Shown: in pieces, positions 61,301 through 64,000 of the stretch
How positions within the stretch are numbered: the first letter of the stretch is position 1
Layout: each line of letters opens with the position of its first letter
NCBI GenBank assembly: GCA_965113315.1
Contig: OZ220364.1
Length of the DNA: 64,000 bases
DNA from: Podarcis vaucheri
Taxonomy: Eukaryota
Reading direction: 5' to 3' (one strand)
The notes under the pieces: model-generated
Database searches by the model: none
Told to the model about the DNA's origin: nothing
Seen by the model: the letters and a program-made list of their open reading frames with translations, nothing else
Program-made: the position numbers and the translations under genes

Positions 61301-63683
61301 TGGCGCTAACCCGGAAGTCTCTTCCTCATCATTAATTTGCCAGCTCCCACCCTAGGATACCTAGGGGTAACTTTGGAACATGTCATTTGCTGGTGTCATG
61401 GTGCCTATGGTATTGACCTGAAAGGTGTTTCTAAGGAGGCACTAGGACATCACCAAGGCCCACCCTTCACTGGCATTGTTTACATTTCTTATATTATGGA
61501 TGGCTACTCCTGGTGTCTGGAGTCTGTCATGCTATTAGTTTCTTTCTAGGATGTCTGTTATATGGTCTGGCTGGAAGGGCAAACTATCACTCCAGGGGAG
61601 GGGCAGCACAAAAGCCTTTAGGAGTAATGATTTTTTTTTCTGCCTTCAAGTCTTTGTAACCAGTTAGCTATGCCTCTCTGACTATAAATTGCGTAAATAA
61701 ATAAAAGAATCACAGTAGAACCCACCAGTGGGTTCCATGTTGGAGAGCCTCCACAATTGTCTTGAGGCTTGTCATATGTTCACCTACTTAAACAACAAAT
61801 TTCTACTTGAACAGCAAAGAAAACAAACACTGGATAATATTTTTATGCCAACATACTTGAGGCAGAACTAGAACACCAGCACAGAGATACCTACTCTGTA
61901 GCCCACAATCTGAAGAGAACAGCTTACATAACAAGCACCAGAGAATGCAAGTAACGACCCTTCTGAATGTATTGAAACCAGCCAATTAACTTTGAAAAGA
62001 AGTTTCTTCAGCTAGGTGAAAACTATTCAAACCTCTGTGTAGTAGCAGGGTTTTGCCATGCTATGAAAACCTGTGCAGCGCCCAAAACTCCCACACCAAA
62101 CTGCCAGTTAAGTGGCAGAAGGGACTAACAGGAGCCTTGAAAGCTTCCTTTTCTCTTAATTAGGGAAGCAGAATTTTCCAGTTCAATATTCTATTAGAAA
62201 AATATTCATATTAAAAAAGGTCTCCAAAGGACTACCTGTCAAAGAAAGTAATAAAAGTAAAATCATCTGACATTTAAAATATGCATTCTATTAAATGATT
62301 ATGGTACTGCCAATATAAAGGAGGAGAACCCCCTAAATCTGCCAATACGTAGGCAGGAAAAACAACAAGCTTTAAATAGCATCTCAGAAATCACTCAAAC
62401 CCCCACAAAAAAACAGCCCACTGGGGAGAAAAACTTCAGGAGACAACCAAGAACCACATACACAAGGGAAAAGCAACCTAATTATATGCACAAACAAACA
62501 ATTAAAGGTCAGAAGAGCACCAGCTTGGTCTGCTTCAAGCAAGGGCAGAAAAAATGAAGTGTCACTCTAGAGGAGGGGCAACACGGAAGCCTTTAGGAGT
62601 GGTGGCATTTTTTTCTGCCTTCAAGGAAGTGGAGCATAATGATATCCCACTTGGTGATGTCCTAGTACCTACTGGAGAAATAAAAGTGTGGTTCAGGAAG
62701 CCAAATTCCTTCACTCTTCACTTCCTTAACTTACCCTCTGCTGTTGAGCTTTCTGAATTGTTGTGATTTGCTGGGCAACTACAGACAACACTTCAATGTC
62801 AATGCGGTTGAACTCATCGAAGCAAGCCCAGGCTCCAGAACTGAGCATATAAGGAAAAGACAGTATCAGGAACCCAATAGTTACTAGCAAAAAATCAGTT
62901 GGTCTTAAAAGGCATGAAGAGATTATGCCAATCTAGACAGCACTGGGATGGGAAGGTGGGCTGGCAGTGAGGTTGGGGCTGCTACTACCCCAATGCCTTC
63001 CAGGCAAGCTGCAGAGATGCTGGTGTTGGGAGAGTAGCTCTGTCTCACCATGCTGGCTGTTACTGGTGGCAAGTTAATCTATGCAAATTGCCTACCATTT
63101 AATACCAACCTTCATGTGCAACTATTTTACCTGTCCTCTTTGGGACAGTCAGAATATGTAAATTGGGCCCAGCTTCCAAAGGTGACTGGACTTTAAACTA
63201 TGTAAATTAGCACAATCTAAATGTTTATTGGGTTCTCTTTTACTCTATCAAACCAAATATAGTAATACATCTCTACAGAATGCTCAAACAGGCAATATAT
63301 AGAGATTGCTAGAAGGGAAATAATCACTAGGCTAGCTACTTGTTCTGGGTTCTCATAGACTCATCTCTGCTTGGATGTATTGGATGCAACAATATTCTGA
63401 TTCATGTATTGTCCACCAAACCAATAATTTTGTGGCCGTCTTATGATCCACCCCCCTGTGTAGCATATTCATATATGGCATTGTTTTGTAATACCTGGCT
63501 AGTCCTTTCAGGAATTTCCCCATTGCCATGAAATCAAGCTGATCAGAGCAATTAAACACAACCGTCTGGATAGCTAAAGCTTTCCCCAGATCTTTAGTCG
63601 TCTCTGTTTTGCCTGTTCCAGCTGGTCCTGCAGGAGCGCCCCCGAATTTCAAGTGCAACGCTCCAGTAAGTGTCAAGTAGCAT
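4659..63683 (-). CDS. DNAH1: Dynein axonemal heavy chain 1, last 51 coding exons (AAA1-AAA6, stalk, C-terminal domain); gene continues beyond the window
   Basis: Walker A motifs [32 protein letters not shown]; Walker B CFDEFNRI; phase-consistent exon chain; C-terminus [15 protein letters not shown]; convergent with BAP1 as in human. Confidence 0.97.
5205..5300. mobile_element. Degenerate hAT-type MITE (same family as 128-264; further copies ~26795-26870, ~35057-35175, ~35970-36030)
   Basis: ctacaactcccatcatccct..gggatgatagtagttgtagt core. Confidence 0.55.
5398..5632 (-). CDS. DNAH1: DNAH1 exon (VMSQPV..YKTLTRA)
   Basis: ag/gt boundaries; [10 protein letters not shown] motif. Confidence 0.95.
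5663..5694. repeat. (AATC)n microsatellite
   Basis: Direct reading. Confidence 0.95.
6021..6227 (-). CDS. DNAH1: DNAH1 exon ([13 protein letters not shown])
   Basis: ag/gt; [14 protein letters not shown] motif. Confidence 0.95.
6570..6714 (-). CDS. DNAH1: DNAH1 exon (YNRLL..WNSK)
   Basis: ag/gt, phase consistent. Confidence 0.93.
7274..7404 (-). CDS. DNAH1: DNAH1 exon (IVEETS..QEVIR)
   Basis: ag/gt; YEESMNTVL motif. Confidence 0.93.
8127..8297 (-). CDS. DNAH1: DNAH1 exon ([14 protein letters not shown])
   Basis: ag/gt; [10 protein letters not shown] motif. Confidence 0.93.
8723..8899 (-). CDS. DNAH1: DNAH1 exon ([20 protein letters not shown])
   Basis: ag/gt; [10 protein letters not shown] motif. 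Confidence 0.95.
9225..9449. mobile_element. Penelope-like element remnant: inverted pseudo-LTR pair
   Basis: 90-bp arms 9268-9357 / 9360-9449 with 1 mismatch; flanking direct repeat tccaaacacatggt (9211-9224, 9449-9462). Confidence 0.7.
9318..9357 (-). ncRNA. Minimal type-I hammerhead ribozyme motif
   Basis: gtat-CTGAAGA-a-gtgtg(catg)cacac-GAAA-gc-TC-atac: core boxes, stem II, helix I gtat/atac. Confidence 0.6.
10167..10346 (-). CDS. DNAH1: DNAH1 exon (LTEFKS..IPYK)
   Basis: ag/gt; [16 protein letters not shown] motif. Confidence 0.95.
10650..10820 (-). CDS. DNAH1: DNAH1 exon ([14 protein letters not shown])
   Basis: ag/gt; AAA6 motif. Confidence 0.95.
11399..11530 (-). CDS. DNAH1: DNAH1 exon (GPRAEAM..NPDK)
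   Basis: ag/gt; [10 protein letters not shown] motif. Confidence 0.95.
12348..12506 (-). CDS. DNAH1: DNAH1 exon (TANLS..SLGQGQ)
   Basis: ag/gt; [12 protein letters not shown] motif. Confidence 0.95.
12736..12880 (-). CDS. DNAH1: DNAH1 exon ([13 protein letters not shown])
   Basis: ag/gt; [14 protein letters not shown]. Confidence 0.93.
13030..13225 (+). mobile_element. Squamate SINE-like repeat with CR1-type tail (second copy ~46210-46400)
   Basis: ggcatctggttggccactgtgagaacaggatgctggac..ggcctgagccagcagggctcttctgatg shared by the two copies. Confidence 0.6.
13383..13579 (-). CDS. DNAH1: DNAH1 exon ([14 protein letters not shown])
   Basis: ag/gt, phase consistent. Confidence 0.93.
13939..14292. 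mobile_element. Tc1/mariner (Tigger-like) MITE
   Basis: TA|cagtggtgcc..gcaccactg|TA; internal cgtcttgcga repeats; related copy at 51572. Confidence 0.85.
14711..14769. repeat. (CT)n(CA)n compound microsatellite
   Basis: Direct reading. Confidence 0.95.
15003..15154 (-). CDS. DNAH1: DNAH1 exon (TLKKRI..KIDM)
   Basis: ag/gt; [12 protein letters not shown]. Confidence 0.94.
16129..16324 (-). CDS. DNAH1: DNAH1 exon (AKVKVAE..AERA)
   Basis: ag/gt; [11 protein letters not shown]. Confidence 0.95.
16423..16648 (-). CDS. DNAH1: DNAH1 exon ([11 protein letters not shown])
   Basis: ag/gt; ERPDLE motif. Confidence 0.95.
16943..17103 (-). CDS. DNAH1: DNAH1 exon (TYKQQG..TLSP)
   Basis: ag/gt; NPHYTPE. 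Confidence 0.95.
17692..17841 (-). CDS. DNAH1: DNAH1 exon (ERDSGLD..VLLKQ)
   Basis: ag/gt; AAA5 [11 protein letters not shown]. Confidence 0.95.
18502..18621 (-). CDS. DNAH1: DNAH1 exon (IAGLPND..WIKNL)
   Basis: ag/gt; [11 protein letters not shown]. Confidence 0.95.
19003..19128 (-). CDS. DNAH1: DNAH1 exon (GQYRNSL..IRSWQ)
   Basis: ag/gt; read by eye, not in ORF track. Confidence 0.92.
19640..20250 (-). mobile_element. Decayed CR1 LINE 3' fragment
   Basis: [28 protein letters not shown] resembles the CR1 ORF2 C-terminus (RPHLEYCVQFW..LEKVQ). Confidence 0.7.
21132..21263 (-). CDS. DNAH1: DNAH1 exon ([12 protein letters not shown])
   Basis: ag/gt. Confidence 0.94.
21727..21918 (-). CDS. 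DNAH1: DNAH1 exon ([12 protein letters not shown]), stalk coiled coil
   Basis: ag/gt. Confidence 0.94.
22071..22238 (-). CDS. DNAH1: DNAH1 exon (DNIADSV..VEPKR), microtubule-binding domain
   Basis: ag/gt; [11 protein letters not shown]. Confidence 0.94.
23919..24110 (-). CDS. DNAH1: DNAH1 exon ([12 protein letters not shown])
   Basis: ag/gt. Confidence 0.95.
24290..25740 (-). mobile_element. Ancient L2 LINE fragment
   Basis: LVLTLLDL and [18 protein letters not shown] remnants; L2-type 3' end (ccctgcccccaaggggcttac). Confidence 0.65.
26084..26465 (+). mobile_element. Sauria SINE
   Basis: tRNA-like head with B box gttcgaatccc, body ctagcagtttgaaagc, (accttt)n tail. Confidence 0.9.
28857..30080 (+). 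CDS. HAUS3-like (augmin subunit 3 paralog), first coding exon, 408 codons, nested antisense in a DNAH1 intron
   Basis: [31 protein letters not shown] matches the recalled HAUS3 N-terminus (GNEFVETLK..YPKAD..DFDWLF..SGKPILEGAAL); acceptor ccctccag at 28837-38; donor AAG|gtaggt at 30081. Confidence 0.88.
31282..31688 (+). CDS. HAUS3-like second coding exon, truncated by assembly gap
   Basis: Strong acceptor ttctcttctacag, phase 0; [23 protein letters not shown](R) aligns to recalled HAUS3 LLNMPVVKGDFDLQ..SFELL..QINPR. Confidence 0.85.
31689..31888. other. Assembly gap (200 N)
   Basis: Run of N. Confidence 1.
33082..33267 (-). CDS. DNAH1: DNAH1 exon ([12 protein letters not shown])
   Basis: ag/gt; DLAEALPAL. 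Confidence 0.95.
33768..33813. repeat. (CCA)n microsatellite
   Basis: Direct reading. Confidence 0.95.
34327..34437 (-). CDS. DNAH1: DNAH1 exon ([12 protein letters not shown])
   Basis: ag/gt. Confidence 0.93.
36288..36479 (-). CDS. DNAH1: DNAH1 exon ([12 protein letters not shown])
   Basis: ag/gt; [11 protein letters not shown]. Confidence 0.95.
36782..36953 (-). CDS. DNAH1: DNAH1 exon (PIGEVFR..IQGM)
   Basis: ag/gt; [13 protein letters not shown]. Confidence 0.95.
37657..37865 (-). CDS. DNAH1: DNAH1 exon ([22 protein letters not shown])
   Basis: ag/gt; read by eye. Confidence 0.94.
38577..38622. repeat. (ATT)n microsatellite
   Basis: Direct reading. Confidence 0.95.
39118..39253 (-). 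CDS. DNAH1: DNAH1 exon ([14 protein letters not shown])
   Basis: ag/gt. Confidence 0.93.
40351..40547 (-). CDS. DNAH1: DNAH1 exon, AAA4 P-loop (GVGGSGRQS)
   Basis: ag/gt. Confidence 0.95.
41671..41901 (-). CDS. DNAH1: DNAH1 exon ([16 protein letters not shown])
   Basis: ag/gt; RVFRDRL. Confidence 0.94.
42962..43140 (-). CDS. DNAH1: DNAH1 exon (GCPQVQD..AKIM)
   Basis: ag/gt; [14 protein letters not shown]. Confidence 0.94.
43460..43812 (-). mobile_element. Sauria SINE, full length
   Basis: Same consensus; 12-bp TSD taacttaagcag (43448-43459, 43813-43824). Confidence 0.92.
43900..44280 (-). mobile_element. L2-clade LINE RT fragment (a similar fragment at ~58150-58400)
   Basis: [18 protein letters not shown] resembles the LNPDKTEVL..VRSLGV motif. 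Confidence 0.6.
44835..44873 (-). CDS. DNAH1: DNAH1 39-nt micro-exon ([12 protein letters not shown])
   Basis: ttttag/gtaagt, phase 1-1; resembles recalled human GLLGEKSYRERV. Confidence 0.85.
44986..45159 (-). CDS. DNAH1: DNAH1 exon (TFKKLVD..DSWM)
   Basis: ag/gt; [10 protein letters not shown]. Confidence 0.95.
45336..45493 (-). CDS. DNAH1: DNAH1 exon ([13 protein letters not shown])
   Basis: ag/gt; FIDDLNMP. Confidence 0.95.
46066..46190 (+). mobile_element. Short tRNA-derived SINE (Squam3-like)
   Basis: A box tcagttggttagagc, B box ggttcaatccc, tail ggtcccttccaactctacaattctatga. Confidence 0.7.
46874..47034 (-). CDS. DNAH1: DNAH1 exon, AAA3 P-loop (GPTGTGKT), GC donor
   Basis: ag acceptor; ends DSKLDK-AG|gcaaaa. 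Confidence 0.9.
47617..47649. repeat. (AATG)n microsatellite
   Basis: Direct reading. Confidence 0.95.
47797..47937 (-). CDS. DNAH1: DNAH1 exon ([12 protein letters not shown])
   Basis: ag/gt; IIVPTMNT. Confidence 0.93.
48753..48898 (+). mobile_element. Short tRNA-derived SINE (Squam3-like)
   Basis: tRNA-Lys-like head (cttaatctcagggttgtgggtttgagcccc); same CR1-like tail as 46066. Confidence 0.7.
49144..49248 (-). CDS. DNAH1: DNAH1 exon ([18 protein letters not shown])
   Basis: ag/gt; read by eye. Confidence 0.9.
49527..49685 (-). CDS. DNAH1: DNAH1 exon ([12 protein letters not shown]), GC donor
   Basis: ag acceptor; AAG|gcaagt donor; [15 protein letters not shown]. Confidence 0.9.
50141..50260 (-). 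CDS. DNAH1: DNAH1 exon (DSIRFVR..IPVE)
   Basis: ag/gt. Confidence 0.92.
51205..51399 (-). CDS. DNAH1: DNAH1 exon ([12 protein letters not shown])
   Basis: ag/gt; [13 protein letters not shown]. Confidence 0.95.
51572..51888. mobile_element. Tc1/mariner (Tigger-like) MITE, same family as 13939-14292
   Basis: TA|cagtggtgcctcgcaagacg..cgtcttgcggggcaccattg|TA. Confidence 0.85.
52030..52207 (-). CDS. DNAH1: DNAH1 exon (TDGILP..KLTE)
   Basis: ag/gt; [20 protein letters not shown]. Confidence 0.95.
53435..53589 (-). CDS. DNAH1: DNAH1 exon ([12 protein letters not shown])
   Basis: ag/gt; [12 protein letters not shown]. Confidence 0.94.
54155..54246 (-). CDS. DNAH1: DNAH1 exon, AAA2 P-loop ([15 protein letters not shown])
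   Basis: ag/gt. Confidence 0.94.
54745..55385 (+). mobile_element. 3' end of an L2-clade LINE with (att)n tail, interrupted by a Sauria SINE
   Basis: [16 protein letters not shown]-terminal motif; 3' end gccacccagagtggctggg..gggcggggtataaa(tta)n. Confidence 0.7.
54920..55278 (+). mobile_element. Young Sauria SINE (CpG-rich subfamily)
   Basis: 18-bp TSD tactgtttttaacactga (54902-54919, 55279-55296). Confidence 0.92.
56031..56217 (-). CDS. DNAH1: DNAH1 exon ([12 protein letters not shown])
   Basis: ag/gt; NVPKFLQDD. Confidence 0.95.
56812..56898 (-). CDS. DNAH1: DNAH1 exon ([15 protein letters not shown]), GC donor
   Basis: ag acceptor; GAG|gcaagt donor. Confidence 0.92.
57450..57599 (-). 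CDS. DNAH1: DNAH1 exon ([17 protein letters not shown])
   Basis: ag/gt. Confidence 0.95.
58642..58755 (-). CDS. DNAH1: DNAH1 exon ([13 protein letters not shown])
   Basis: ag/gt; [14 protein letters not shown]. Confidence 0.95.
59219..61321 (-). mobile_element. 2.1-kb non-autonomous L1-like retroposon (GC-rich 5'UTR, short coiled-coil ORF, A-rich tail, no RT)
   Basis: 18-bp TSD ttcctcatcattaatttg (59201-59218, 61322-61339); 5' gagacttccgggttagcgccat; ORF 60414-59827. Confidence 0.75.
62735..62840 (-). CDS. DNAH1: DNAH1 exon, AAA1 Walker B ([12 protein letters not shown])
   Basis: ag/gt. Confidence 0.95.
63495..63683 (-). CDS. DNAH1: DNAH1 exon, AAA1 P-loop ([10 protein letters not shown])
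   Basis: ag/gt. Confidence 0.95.
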
Positions 63684-64000
63684 CTATCAGAAAGAATCAA
63701 ATAATTTTAAGGCTGGAAGGGTTCATCTAGTCAAATGCCACACAATGAAAAAATTATTATTCATTTATAAACATTACCAAGTAGCTCATTATGTTAATAG
63801 ATTAAGAAGAATGCAGTTTATTATCAAATCATAGTATACTATGAGGGAAGATCAGAACACTATGAAAGGGGTGGGCTCACCTTTTTCAGGCAAACCCTCT
63901 GGGGCCTACATCTCATGGTGGGCATGCCCAAAGTATAAAAGTGGATGTGGCCAATTTTTTAAAAAAACAACAACAACAAAAGGACAAATTTTGGGGATCT

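Overview
Vertebrate genomic DNA, most likely a squamate (lacertid-type lizard, inferred from Sauria/Squam SINEs), with one 200-N assembly gap at 31689-31888. The + strand start holds the last four coding exons of BAP1 (stop 1893-1895) and its probable long 3'UTR. Converging tail-to-tail on the - strand are the last 51 coding exons of the axonemal dynein heavy chain DNAH1 (AAA1 to C-terminus, 63683 down to the stop at 4659). I traced these splice site by splice site, including three GC-AG introns and a 39-nt micro-exon. The main surprise is a spliced, divergent HAUS3-like (augmin subunit 3) gene nested antisense in a 9-kb DNAH1 intron (CDS 28857-30080 and 31282 to the gap). Other notable items: a TSD-flanked Penelope-type 90-bp inverted repeat with minimal hammerhead-ribozyme motifs (9225-9449), and a 2.1-kb TSD-flanked L1-like element with no reverse transcriptase (59219-61321). 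Introns also carry Sauria SINEs, other SINEs, L2/CR1 fragments, Tc1/mariner-type and hAT-type MITEs, and microsatellites. Homology calls come from recalled protein and repeat sequences, not database searches.
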